From assembly GCA_036338455.1 (NCBI GenBank), contig JAYZCF010000155.1, positions 1 through 52,976 on the forward strand: DNA of 52,976 nt, read 5' to 3'. A program made the translations under genes and the position numbers. The stretch is from Planctomycetota bacterium. Lineage in GTDB: Bacteria; Planctomycetota; Planctomycetia; Pirellulales; Pirellulaceae. Shown piece after piece: positions 1 through 9,116 of this stretch. The notes under the pieces were generated by a model. It made no database searches. It had not been told where the DNA came from and saw only the letters and a list, made by a program, of their open reading frames with translations. Numbering within the stretch: the first letter of the stretch is position 1; each line of letters begins with the position of its first letter.

Positions 1-358
1 CCCCAGCAACCGGGTGTTTTGCCGACAGGACAGTGAAGCTCCATATTCCCTTTTGCAGTACGGCGAGCAGAAAATTCGGGTCAAACCGACCATGTGGTTC
101 GAAGTGGAATCGGAAGGTTACGACCTGAACGACTTGGTGGAGGTTAAGTCGAAGATGGGAAAACTGAAACCGATGGTGGCGACTATTGCCGATATTTTTT
201 GGAATCGGCACGATCGAAAGATCGACTATTTCCTGCACTCGGCCGGCCGCAGGCTGGCCCGCGCTTACCGGAGTGAAGACCTGCAGTTGGTTCAGTTATT
301 GAATCAACCGATTCCCGTGCGAAAAATCGAACTGCTGGCTCGCTCTCGCATTGGCTGA
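1..358 (+). CDS. Conserved hypothetical protein, 5'-truncated by the window edge (resembles planctomycete DUF6960-like proteins)
   Basis: The frame is open from base 2 (PSNRVFCR...) to the TGA at 356-358. The segment YGEQKIRVKPTMWFEVESEGYDLNDLVEV looks like an SH3/KOW-like beta domain. The family name is from recall and unverified. Confidence 0.6.
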   Translation, partial: PSNRVFCRQDSEAPYSLLQYGEQKIRVKPTMWFEVESEGYDLNDLVEVKSKMGKLKPMVATIADIFWNRHDRKIDYFLHSAGRRLARAYRSEDLQLVQLLNQPIPVRKIELLARSRIG

Positions 359-707
359 TGCCAACTGCTCGAATGATCGAATTCTGGTTCGAGGGGCCGG
401 GCCCGATGGACTTTCAAACCGGGTTATCTAAGCGATCACCATTTCGCCAGAGCGGTTCGTTTGGCGAGGACTCAACCATGTCGCCGGATGGGTACTCTGG
501 CGACCGACACGCTGCCGAACTCTCTATGCAGAACGTCTCAGTTCATTTGAGTCGATTGGCAAAAAAACCGAACGAGCATTGCCGACGATGAGGCCGTGAA
601 ATTTAAACGGGACAGCCCGGGCTCACCAACCAATGTTTGAGGGGGAGAAAAACGGAGCATCTCGTCTGCAATCACCAACCCCCTCGGGACGGGGTTGAAG
701 AACAAAA

Positions 708-971
708 TCAGAAAATTCTGGTTCTGCCGCAGCAGGTACACTCGTAGGGCCGCACAAAGAGGACCAAACCCAAGGTGAAGATCACAAGAAAACCGAAGGC
801 AAAGGGGGGAATCGACACCGGGTGATGCAACTCCTCTCGCCAACAGGATCGACAGTGCTTAACGACAGCCGCTGAGGGAGGTTCCATCTCATGTCGGGAA
901 TCACGCAATTCGTCCGTTTCAGTAATATTCTTGGAACTAGTCAATGTCGATCTGGGATAGATGTACTGCAC
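708..971 (-). CDS. Small membrane protein with a split Zn-binding motif (CxxC - TM hairpin - CxCC)
   Basis: Contains CRSC, a hydrophobic FAFGFLVIFTLGLVLFV stretch and then PYECTCCG. The start is uncertain and may be the internal Met (MEPPS). Confidence 0.6.
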   Translation of the reverse strand: MQYIYPRSTLTSSKNITETDELRDSRHEMEPPSAAVVKHCRSCWREELHHPVSIPPFAFGFLVIFTLGLVLFVRPYECTCCGRTRIF

Positions 972-1384
972 GGGACCGTGAGCCTGAGTGCTGAAACCGA
1001 GGAGAACCGCCGCGTTTTCACGTAGAAACCAGGGAAATCATAGCCGACGGTCAATACCGTTCTATTCTATCACCCGATCAGAATAGTCAACGGCATGTGG
1101 AAGAATTGGGGAACAGACAAGTTAAAATGGATTAGAATTGACCTTCGCTGACGGTTACAACGATCGTAGGGGCGCAGAATCGTCAAAACGGCTGGCCGGA
1201 CCATGGTTTCAGTAATGATTTTACGGTTCGTAACGATTTCACCTTGACCACAGACCGACCTACGTTCGATCATATTTAACTACGGAATCCAATCAATCAT
1301 CCAAATTCTCGAGACAGTCAGCCTGCCTCGATTCAATCCAGCCGCAGACTCAACAAGCGATCCAAAATTGGATCATGATGTGAA

Positions 1385-4300
1385 ATGGGAGACCCGAGAC
1401 GAGTGAACCTGACCGACACATTTGCACCATTTTCCCCACCGCTTGTCGATTTTGTTGAGCAAATCCGTTACTGGGCTCTTGCCATTCCGGATCAGACAGC
1501 GATGCGTTTCCTGCCGCGCGGTGAAGAAGATCCGATTGAACTGACCTACCAGGAGTTAGACCGACGGGCGCGTGCCATTGCAGCCAGATTAGTGAGTATG
1601 GGATTCCAAGGCCAACGCGCCCTGTTGATGTTCCCCTCCGGTCTGGATTTTGTGGAGGCCTTTGTCGGCTGTCATTATGCTGGAGTGATACCGGTTCCCG
1701 CCTACCCACCGCGGCGCAATCGGAATGTGGGCAGAATCAACGCCATTTCTCAGGATGCCGAGGCAGCGGTGGCGCTGACTACCGAAGCGGTTGACATGAC
1801 TTCCTCCAAAGTCCTGGCCAATGCTCCCGCCCTAAAAAAATTGGCCTGGCTTACGACGGAAACGATCCCTACGGAACAATCCAGTGATTGGGTAAAGCCC
1901 AAAATTGATCCCGACACTCTGGCCCTGATCCAATACACGTCGGGTTCCACCGGCACACCCAAGGGTGTCCTGTTAACCCACAGAAATCTGATCGCCAATT
2001 GCGATATGATTACCTATGCTTTTGGCATGAACCAGCAATGCAAATCAGGGGTTTCCTGGTTGCCAGCCTACCACGACATGGGATTGATTGGCGGAATCCT
2101 CAACCCTCTCTTTTTCGGCGGGGAAATGACATTGATGTCGCCGGTGACCTTTCTCACGAGGCCGTTTCGCTGGCTGCAGGCGATCAGCAAATACCAGTCT
2201 CGCATTAGCGGCGGCCCTAATTTCTCTTACCGTTGGTGCACCAAAAAGATTACTCACGAAGAGTGTGAACAGGAAGGTCTCGACCTGTCCAACTGGGAAG
2301 TCGCCTTTAACGGTGCCGAGCCTGTGCGTTCGGATGTCTTGCACGAATTCTCGGAGATGTTTGAAAGATATGGGTTTCGGCACAGCAGTCACTACCCCTG
2401 CTACGGCATGGCCGAGACCGCGTTGATCGTCACCGGGGGGCAACAATCGCAACCACCCGTCATCCGAACTTTCAACAAAGATGAACTGGTCCAATACCGA
2501 GTAAAAAAAGACGAATTGGGCAACAAGTCAGCCGTTCAATTGACGGGTTGCGGACAGGTCATTCCCAGTGAAGAAATTGTGATCGTCCACCCCGAAAAAA
2601 AGATCCCTTTAAAGGAAGACGAGATCGGTGAGATCTGGATTCACAGCCCGAGTTCGGGGCAAGGTTACTGGAACCGCCCAATCGAATCGGAAGAAGTCTT
2701 TCGGTCAAAATTAAACAATGGCAGTGAACAAACTTATGTTCGCTCCGGTGACCTCGGCTTTATCGATGAGGGCGAGTTGTTTGTAACGGGCCGACTTAAG
2801 GACATGATCATTGTTCGGGGAGTCAATCGTTATCCCCAGGATATTGAGGCTACCGTTGAAAATTGCGACGAGTTGATTCGGTCCGGTGGCGCTGCAGCTT
2901 TTGCGGTAGATCATTGGGACCGGGAACACCTGGTTGTCGTATGCGAAGTAGAACGGCGTCGCGGTATCGAGTGGGAACCACTTCTGGAAAAAATCCGAGC
3001 TGCCATCACCGCCGAACATGATCTGCCACCAGATTCCCTGGTATTGGTCCGTTCCAGCAGCATTCCGAAGACTTCCAGCGGTAAAGTACAGCGGCATGCC
3101 TGCCGCGAACAATTCGAGAATGACACCTTGTTGACCGTGGCAAGATGGAATGCGCGGGATGATGACGAAGGTTCAGCAGTCGCCAGCCAGCCGGAAAAGG
3201 AGAACGGCGACGCTTTAAAGAACGATGAGAATCTCAACTCAAACTTGATCCAGATTGTAATGGATGCCGTGCGGGCCGTCGCTCGTGAGCGGGCCAAACA
3301 GATGGACCTCGACACAAACATCGTCGTCGACCTCGGACTCGATTCTCTGGAAAGGCTAGAGATTGCTCGAGAACTGGAGAATACATTTGGTGGTCGATTC
3401 CCGGACGAAGTCCTTCAGGAGATTGAGACGATCCGAGAAGTCTCCAGCGCAATCCAGGAACATATCGGGTCGGAACCGGTGTTGCAGAGTCGCCCGATCG
3501 AGTCGGCCACCCCGTCAAAAACCGCTCCCGGTGAGATTCCGGAATCTTACTACGAGCTGGAAAAGATGCCCGAGTTCATTCGTCTGCGAAGAATGCGGGA
3601 CATGATCGAGTCCACAGGCCTGAGAAACCCGTTCTTCAGTGTCCACGAGGGCCGGATCGGAGACACAACTCAAATCGATGGACGAGAATTAATTTCCTTT
3701 GCCAGCTACAACTACCTCGGTTTATCGGGCCATGAAGATGTATGCTCGTCAGCCAAGGGCGCCATCGATAATTTTGGAACCAGCGTATCGGCGAGCCGAA
3801 TTGTTTCGGGCGAAAAAACCATTCACAAGGTGTTGGAGAAGGAACTGGCAGAGTTTCTCGGCGTCGAAGATGTCATCACCTTTCCCGGTGGTCACGCCTG
3901 CAATGAATCCGTGATTGGCCATCTGGTCGGCCCGGGCGACCTGATTGTCCACGACAGCCTGGCCCATAACAGCATCATTCAAGGAGCTGAACTTTCCGGC
4001 GCACGCCGTCGCCCCTTCGAACACAACAACTGGGAAGAACTGGACAAAATCCTGACCGAGATTCGTCACGAGTACCGTCGAGTACTAATCGCGATCGAGG
4101 GACTTTACAGCATGGACGGTGATTACCCGGACCTTTCGAAGTTTGTTGAAATCAAAAAGCGACACAAGGTATGGCTGTACGTTGACGAAGCCCACTCCAT
4201 CGGAACCCTGGGAGAAACAGGACGAGGATTGGGAGAGGTTTACAATATCAATCGCTCTGATGTCGAATGCTGGATGGGTACGCTTAGCAAGTCGCTAGGT

Positions 4301-4783
4301 TCCTGTGGTGGTTTCATTGGTGCCTCGAGCGAGCTGATTGAATACCTCAAGTACACCACGCCCGGTTACGTATTTGCCGCCGGTACGCCGCCGGCCAACG
4401 TCGGTGCCGCCCTGGGCGCCTTGCGACTGATGAAGAACGACCACTCTCGGGTCAAACAATTACAGGCGAATTCGAAACTGTTCCTTGAACTGGCCCAGGC
4501 GGCCGGCCTCGATACGGGGATGAGTCACGGCTCGCCGATTATCCCCATCTTGACCCGCAGCTCCCTGCTGGCTTTGCAATTGTCGCAAGCAGTCTTCGAG
4601 CGGGGCATCAACGCCCAGCCGATCCTACATCCAGCTGTTCCCGAAGATGAAACACGGGTTCGCATCTTCATGACTGCCATTCACACCGAATCCCAGATTC
4701 GGAAATCCGTGGAGATCATCTCTGAAGAGTGGCAAAAGATCAGCGGCAACCAAAACCAGCCGATTCAAGAGACCGTCGCTTAA
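1385..4783 (+). CDS. Trimodular fatty acyl-AMP ligase (FAAL) - acyl carrier protein - PLP-dependent alpha-oxoamine synthase (AONS/SPT family) fusion
   Basis: Adenylation motifs QYTSGSTGTPKG, SWLPAYHDMGLIG, YGMAE (followed by a FAAL-type insertion), RSGDLG and PKTSSGK. ACP motif DLGLDSL (Ser654). AOS motifs SYNYLGL, AHNS, YSMDGD, DEAHS and GTLSKSLG (PLP Lys969). Confidence 0.93.
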   Translation: MGDPRRVNLTDTFAPFSPPLVDFVEQIRYWALAIPDQTAMRFLPRGEEDPIELTYQELDRRARAIAARLVSMGFQGQRALLMFPSGLDFVEAFVGCHYAGVIPVPAYPPRRNRNVGRINAISQDAEAAVALTTEAVDMTSSKVLANAPALKKLAWLTTETIPTEQSSDWVKPKIDPDTLALIQYTSGSTGTPKGVLLTHRNLIANCDMITYAFGMNQQCKSGVSWLPAYHDMGLIGGILNPLFFGGEMTLMSPVTFLTRPFRWLQAISKYQSRISGGPNFSYRWCTKKITHEECEQEGLDLSNWEVAFNGAEPVRSDVLHEFSEMFERYGFRHSSHYPCYGMAETALIVTGGQQSQPPVIRTFNKDELVQYRVKKDELGNKSAVQLTGCGQVIPSEEIVIVHPEKKIPLKEDEIGEIWIHSPSSGQGYWNRPIESEEVFRSKLNNGSEQTYVRSGDLGFIDEGELFVTGRLKDMIIVRGVNRYPQDIEATVENCDELIRSGGAAAFAVDHWDREHLVVVCEVERRRGIEWEPLLEKIRAAITAEHDLPPDSLVLVRSSSIPKTSSGKVQRHACREQFENDTLLTVARWNARDDDEGSAVASQPEKENGDALKNDENLNSNLIQIVMDAVRAVARERAKQMDLDTNIVVDLGLDSLERLEIARELENTFGGRFPDEVLQEIETIREVSSAIQEHIGSEPVLQSRPIESATPSKTAPGEIPESYYELEKMPEFIRLRRMRDMIESTGLRNPFFSVHEGRIGDTTQIDGRELISFASYNYLGLSGHEDVCSSAKGAIDNFGTSVSASRIVSGEKTIHKVLEKELAEFLGVEDVITFPGGHACNESVIGHLVGPGDLIVHDSLAHNSIIQGAELSGARRRPFEHNNWEELDKILTEIRHEYRRVLIAIEGLYSMDGDYPDLSKFVEIKKRHKVWLYVDEAHSIGTLGETGRGLGEVYNINRSDVECWMGTLSKSLGSCGGFIGASSELIEYLKYTTPGYVFAAGTPPANVGAALGALRLMKNDHSRVKQLQANSKLFLELAQAAGLDTGMSHGSPIIPILTRSSLLALQLSQAVFERGINAQPILHPAVPEDETRVRIFMTAIHTESQIRKSVEIISEEWQKISGNQNQPIQETVA

Positions 4784-4836
4784 GAAATGGAATGGTTGAA
4801 TTGCCACGAACTATCGAGGCAAATCGTTTCCAAGGA

Positions 4837-4865
4837 TTGCGTCGACGAGGGACCCGTTTTAGGAT
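4837..4865 (+). promoter_or_regulatory. Putative sigma70-type promoter for argB-argF(-rph)
   Basis: TTGCGT (4837-4842), a 17-bp spacer, then TAGGAT (4860-4865), about 65 bp upstream of the argB GTG. Confidence 0.4.
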
Positions 4866-4929
4866 GGCTCGCTTTTGATAGGCAAAACCGGTTTGCCCAT
4901 CGGCCTTTGGCTAACACCCTGATGGACGT

Positions 4930-5823
4930 GTGACGAAATTGGTTGACCAGGCAATTGAAAAAGCGAAGACCCTGATCGAGGCCTTGGACTGGATCCGAGA
5001 ATTTCGGGATAAAACAACCGTCATCAAGCTCGGTGGAAGCGTCCTAGAAAACGCGGATTCACTCCATCACATTCTGGTCGACATCCTGTTTATGGAAACA
5101 GTGGGCATGAGACCTGTGATTGTCCACGGAGCGGGCAAACGCATCTCACTTGCGATGGAAAACGAGGGTATCCAGACCCGGTTTGTCCAAGGTCGCCGCT
5201 ACACCGATGAAGCGACCTTGGAAATTGTCGAGCGTGTCCTGGCCAAAGAAACCAACGAATTCCTGGCCAATGAATTCGAAAAAGTTGGCGGTCGTGCAAT
5301 GACGCTCAACTTCGAGTCGACTCCCGTCCTGACAGGTCAGCCACTCGACCTCAAAGATGTCGAGGGAAATCGGCTTGACCTGGGTCACGTGGGGCATGTA
5401 ACCAAAGTCGATCGATTGGTGATCGACAACCTCTGCCATGCCGGCCAGGTGCCGTTTATTCCCTCCATGTGCAAAACAGAGGATGGCCAGAAACTGAACG
5501 TAAACGCAGACACTGCGGCGATGGTCGTGGCCCAGCAGTTAGGCGCTGATAAACTGGTGATGCTAAGCGATGTCAACGGAGTTTTGGCCGACCCGAACGA
5601 CCCGGACAGCACTATTTCCTCACTCACAGCCCCGGAAGCTAAACGTTTGATCAAAGAGGGAACGATTCAAGGCGGTATGGTACCCAAAGTCGAAGCGTGC
5701 CTCGATACGATCAAACAGGGGGTGCGCAAAGTTCATATTGTTGACGGGCGACAAAAACATTCGCTTCTATTGGAGACGTTTACCACGGACGGAATCGGAA
5801 CCCTGATTGTCAAAGAAAGTTGA
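4930..5823 (+). CDS. argB: Acetylglutamate kinase
   Basis: Motifs [26 protein letters not shown] and GGMVPKV; adjacent to argF. Confidence 0.95.
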   Translation: MTKLVDQAIEKAKTLIEALDWIREFRDKTTVIKLGGSVLENADSLHHILVDILFMETVGMRPVIVHGAGKRISLAMENEGIQTRFVQGRRYTDEATLEIVERVLAKETNEFLANEFEKVGGRAMTLNFESTPVLTGQPLDLKDVEGNRLDLGHVGHVTKVDRLVIDNLCHAGQVPFIPSMCKTEDGQKLNVNADTAAMVVAQQLGADKLVMLSDVNGVLADPNDPDSTISSLTAPEAKRLIKEGTIQGGMVPKVEACLDTIKQGVRKVHIVDGRQKHSLLLETFTTDGIGTLIVKES

Positions 5824-5832
5824 AATCCCGAC

Positions 5833-6759
5833 ATGCGACACGTCCTCTCCTTATTTGACTTGAGCTCAGAAGAAATACGCCGAGTACTGGATATCGCGGC
5901 GGCTTTGAAACAACAATTTGCCGATGGAGTCCGGCCACCCAGCTTGGAACGACAGGTACTGGGCCTGCTTTTCGAGAAACCTTCCATGCGAACAAGAGTC
6001 AGTTTTGAAACACTGATTCGCCATGCGGGTGGATCCAGCCTGTTCCTCGGTTCTGATGTCGGCTGGGGAACGCGGGAACCGATCCAGGACTTCATTCCGA
6101 TCATGACCAGCTACTTGGACTGTCTCGTGATCCGGGCCAAACAACATGAAGATGTTGTCGCCGCCACGAAGTACAGTCGCTGTCCAATCATCAACGGCTT
6201 GACCGATTACTGCCACCCCTGCCAGGCGTTGGCGGATATTCTCACGATTGAAGAACTGTTGGGGTCCTTGGAAAATGCCAAGGTAACCTATGTTGGTGAC
6301 GCCAATAATGTTGCCTTCAGTCTAGCTTTGGCCTGTCAGCAGCTCGATGTACCCATGACCATTGCCGCTCCCGACGGTTATCAATTCCCCGATGAAACAC
6401 TGGCCCAATTGAAATCAGTCAGTCAGGATACCCCGCTGCAACAGACGACCGATCTGGAGGCCGCCGTGGAAGGTGCCAATATCATCTACACCGATGTGTG
6501 GACCAGTATGGGGCAGGAATCAGAATCCGAACAACGAATCGCTGACCTAGCCGACTACCAGGTCAACCGCGAATTGATGGCCCGGGCCGCTGTCGGCGCC
6601 CGTTTTCTGCACTGCCTGCCTGCCCGGAGGGGTGAGGAGGTAACAGCCGAGGTAATCGACAGTCGAGCCAGCGCGGTGATACAGCAAGCTGAGAACCGAC
6701 TCCATGCCCAAAAAGGCTTGGTGGTTTGGCTGCTTACCGAAGCCAATCGCGCCCCTTAA
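5833..6759 (+). CDS. argF: Ornithine carbamoyltransferase
   Basis: Motifs FEKPSMRTRVSFE, HPCQALAD, DVWTSMGQE, HCLPARRGEEV and QAENR. Confidence 0.92.
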   Translation: MRHVLSLFDLSSEEIRRVLDIAAALKQQFADGVRPPSLERQVLGLLFEKPSMRTRVSFETLIRHAGGSSLFLGSDVGWGTREPIQDFIPIMTSYLDCLVIRAKQHEDVVAATKYSRCPIINGLTDYCHPCQALADILTIEELLGSLENAKVTYVGDANNVAFSLALACQQLDVPMTIAAPDGYQFPDETLAQLKSVSQDTPLQQTTDLEAAVEGANIIYTDVWTSMGQESESEQRIADLADYQVNRELMARAAVGARFLHCLPARRGEEVTAEVIDSRASAVIQQAENRLHAQKGLVVWLLTEANRAP

Positions 6760-6819
6760 ACGGCACTTCGTTTAGAATCCCTCTCGAATCCCCAAAAACA
6801 TATCGATCAACGCATACCC

Positions 6820-7536
6820 ATGAAACGAAAAAAAAACGAACTCCGGCCTGTCAAAATCAAGAGAAAATTTACTTCCCAAACGCCGGGAAGCGTCCTGTAT
6901 CAATGTGGCGGTACGGTGGTTCTCTGCACGGCCAGTATTGATGACCAGGTCCCGCCCTGGATGGCCGATTCGGAAAAGGGCTGGATCACGGCCGAATACA
7001 ACATGTTGCCCGGCAGTACGAACCCTCGCAAACGCCGTGATCGGAACAAGGTCGACGGGCGGACCACCGAAATCCAAAGATTGATTGGGAGAAGCCTCCG
7101 CGCAATCACCGACCTCGAGGCACTGGGACCCAGACAGATCACGGTGGATTGTGACGTATTACAGGCCGACGGCGGAACTCGGACAGCCAGCATTACCGGG
7201 GCAACCATTGCCCTGATTGACGCCTTATATACCATCCGCAAGTCACTGCCCAAGGGCGACCGCTACCCCCTGCGTGATAGCTTGGCCGCCGTCAGCGTCG
7301 GCCTTGTCGACGGGACTGCCGTACTCGATCTCGATTACGAAATGGATTTCGCAGCCGACGTGGACATGAACGTGGTCATGACCGGCAAGGGAAGATTCGT
7401 CGAAGTACAGGGAACGGGTGAGGAAGCGACATTCAGTGAAACCGAGCTTCAAACCCTACTCAAGCTGGCCCAGCGGGGAATTCGGCAGCTAACCCAAGCG
7501 CAAAAAACGGCACTGGGCCGAATTTGGCCGTTTTAA
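6820..7536 (+). CDS. rph: Ribonuclease PH
   Basis: Motifs GWITAEYNMLP, GRTTEIQRLIGRSLR, CDVLQADGGTRTASITG, DMNVV and EVQGTGE. Confidence 0.96.
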   Translation: MKRKKNELRPVKIKRKFTSQTPGSVLYQCGGTVVLCTASIDDQVPPWMADSEKGWITAEYNMLPGSTNPRKRRDRNKVDGRTTEIQRLIGRSLRAITDLEALGPRQITVDCDVLQADGGTRTASITGATIALIDALYTIRKSLPKGDRYPLRDSLAAVSVGLVDGTAVLDLDYEMDFAADVDMNVVMTGKGRFVEVQGTGEEATFSETELQTLLKLAQRGIRQLTQAQKTALGRIWPF

Positions 7537-7596
7537 CGCTTTCCTCGTTTTAAGGCTTTGGCCGTTTTAACGCTTTCCTCGTTTTAACGCTTTCCT
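7529..7596. repeat. Tandem repeat, 4 x 17 bp (CGTTTTAACGCTTTCCT x3 plus the variant CGTTTTAAGGCTTTGGC)
   Basis: Units at 7529-7545, 7546-7562 (variant), 7563-7579 and 7580-7596. The first unit contains the rph stop codon. Confidence 0.9.
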
Positions 7597-7600
7597 CAAC

Positions 7601-8962
7601 GTGCGAAACGCGGACAATGGGGAGATGCCTGAATCGCCTCACCGCATCCTGTTTGCCACTGACGTCCCCTTTTGGCGGATGTCCGATGGCGCGCATCAAA
7701 GAATTGCCTCGCTCTACCGGTATCTTGCCCGGGAACCGCATGTAGCAAAGGTTTTCTTTATTGGCTCACCCGATGCGGAATCGAAGCGACTCGCCGAAAA
7801 CTGGGTCGATTACGAGGCCTTCAGTTCCGATCAGCCGCCAGAAAAATTGGCTCGTCGGATTCAATGGTATGCCGATGCAACGTGGAACCAGGCCCGCCAG
7901 TGGCTGACCGCCAAGCCCGATACCGAGCCGATCAACGAAGGGCCTCGCTCACTGGACCTCGCGGATTTCCGATGGCCATGGGCCATCCAGCGGTTTCGGG
8001 AAATGGTCAACCGCTTCCAGCCGGATACGATTATTTTTGAGTACATCAAGATGGGTTACCTGCTGGAAGCGCTTTCACCCGAACAGCGAGCCAAGATTAA
8101 CTGCGTTGTCGATACCCACGACATCCTTCACCGCCGAGCCGAGCAATTTTTTTCCAACGGTTTTCCGCATTGGCTGATGATCGATCGCGAGCAGGAAGCA
8201 ATGGCTCTAAGGCAGTTCGACCTGATCATGGCGATTCAGGAACAGGAAGCGCGGCTATTTCGCGAGATGGTCCCCGAGAAAGAAACGATCACGGTCGGTC
8301 ATGCTGTAGATTGCGACGGAAACGCCCAGGCCGCCGGCACCGGCACCGACCCTACCTCCATCGAACAACTTCGTATCGGCTACATCGGCTCTAAGAACTT
8401 TTCGAACTGGTCGGCCATCCGAAAATTCTTGCAATCAGCCTGGCCCAATGTCCTGCGAAAAAATGGTGAGTTCTGCCAGCTATTAATTGCCGGTGGGATC
8501 TGCGAATGGCTGCAAGGGGAAAGAGAAGCCGACTCCACCGATCCCAGCCCGCTGGCCCCGGCGCTGCTGCAAAGTGTCCAGCTGCTGGGGAAAGTGGGAG
8601 CCATCCGTGATTTCTATGACCAAATCGACGTTCTGATCAATCCGGTAGAGTTCGGCACGGGGCTGAAAATCAAGAATGCCGAGGCCCTCCGGTTCGGGAA
8701 ACTCCTCATCACCACGACGCAGGGGTTTGACGGGATGCCAGAGACAGCCCGACTGGCTTGCCGGGTCGTCCAATCGGTCGAGGAAATGGGTGAGGCGATC
8801 AACTCGCTGGCCCGGGACGCCAGCTCCATCCGTGCGATGCAATCGCTGGCGGCCAAGCTGGCACAAACCGAGTTTTCTCCTGAAGTTGCGTATTCCGGAT
8901 TATTGGAATGGATTGATCGATCTAACCGGAACCGTCCCGCCAGATTTACGGCGGAACAATGA
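7601..8962 (+). CDS. Glycosyltransferase, GT4-like (GT-B fold)
   Basis: N-terminal DGAHQRI, VVDTHD, IGYIGS, and the donor-binding segment INPVEFGTGLKIKNAEALRFGK. The start may instead be the ATG at 7625. Confidence 0.82.
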   Translation: MRNADNGEMPESPHRILFATDVPFWRMSDGAHQRIASLYRYLAREPHVAKVFFIGSPDAESKRLAENWVDYEAFSSDQPPEKLARRIQWYADATWNQARQWLTAKPDTEPINEGPRSLDLADFRWPWAIQRFREMVNRFQPDTIIFEYIKMGYLLEALSPEQRAKINCVVDTHDILHRRAEQFFSNGFPHWLMIDREQEAMALRQFDLIMAIQEQEARLFREMVPEKETITVGHAVDCDGNAQAAGTGTDPTSIEQLRIGYIGSKNFSNWSAIRKFLQSAWPNVLRKNGEFCQLLIAGGICEWLQGEREADSTDPSPLAPALLQSVQLLGKVGAIRDFYDQIDVLINPVEFGTGLKIKNAEALRFGKLLITTTQGFDGMPETARLACRVVQSVEEMGEAINSLARDASSIRAMQSLAAKLAQTEFSPEVAYSGLLEWIDRSNRNRPARFTAEQ

Positions 8963-9116
8963 AGTAAAGTTTGCGGATTGGCCGTTTCAGGGCTATTTTT
9001 TCACAGTAATTTTCGCCACCGCTGGCCCCGCTTCCTAAAATATAGCAGTCTGCCGAAACGCTGATCGGCCCTCCATTCCACCCTCGGGGTTTCCCCGCAA
9101 CAGGTCCTGAAACACC

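Noticed and set aside
358-707. Short ORFs 358-591 (+) and 538-843 (-), and the hairpin CAACCCC/GGGGTTG near 676-697
   Set aside because: The ORFs have no motif support. The hairpin is plausibly just the 3' end structure of the 708-971 gene and has no U-tract.
1385-4783. Labelling the fusion as bioF or as an NRPS
   Set aside because: No bio genes are nearby, the adenylation domain is FAAL-type rather than amino-acid-activating, and there is no condensation domain.
7529-7596. Tandem repeat as a CRISPR array
   Set aside because: The units abut with no unique spacers, are only 17 bp long, and no cas genes are present.
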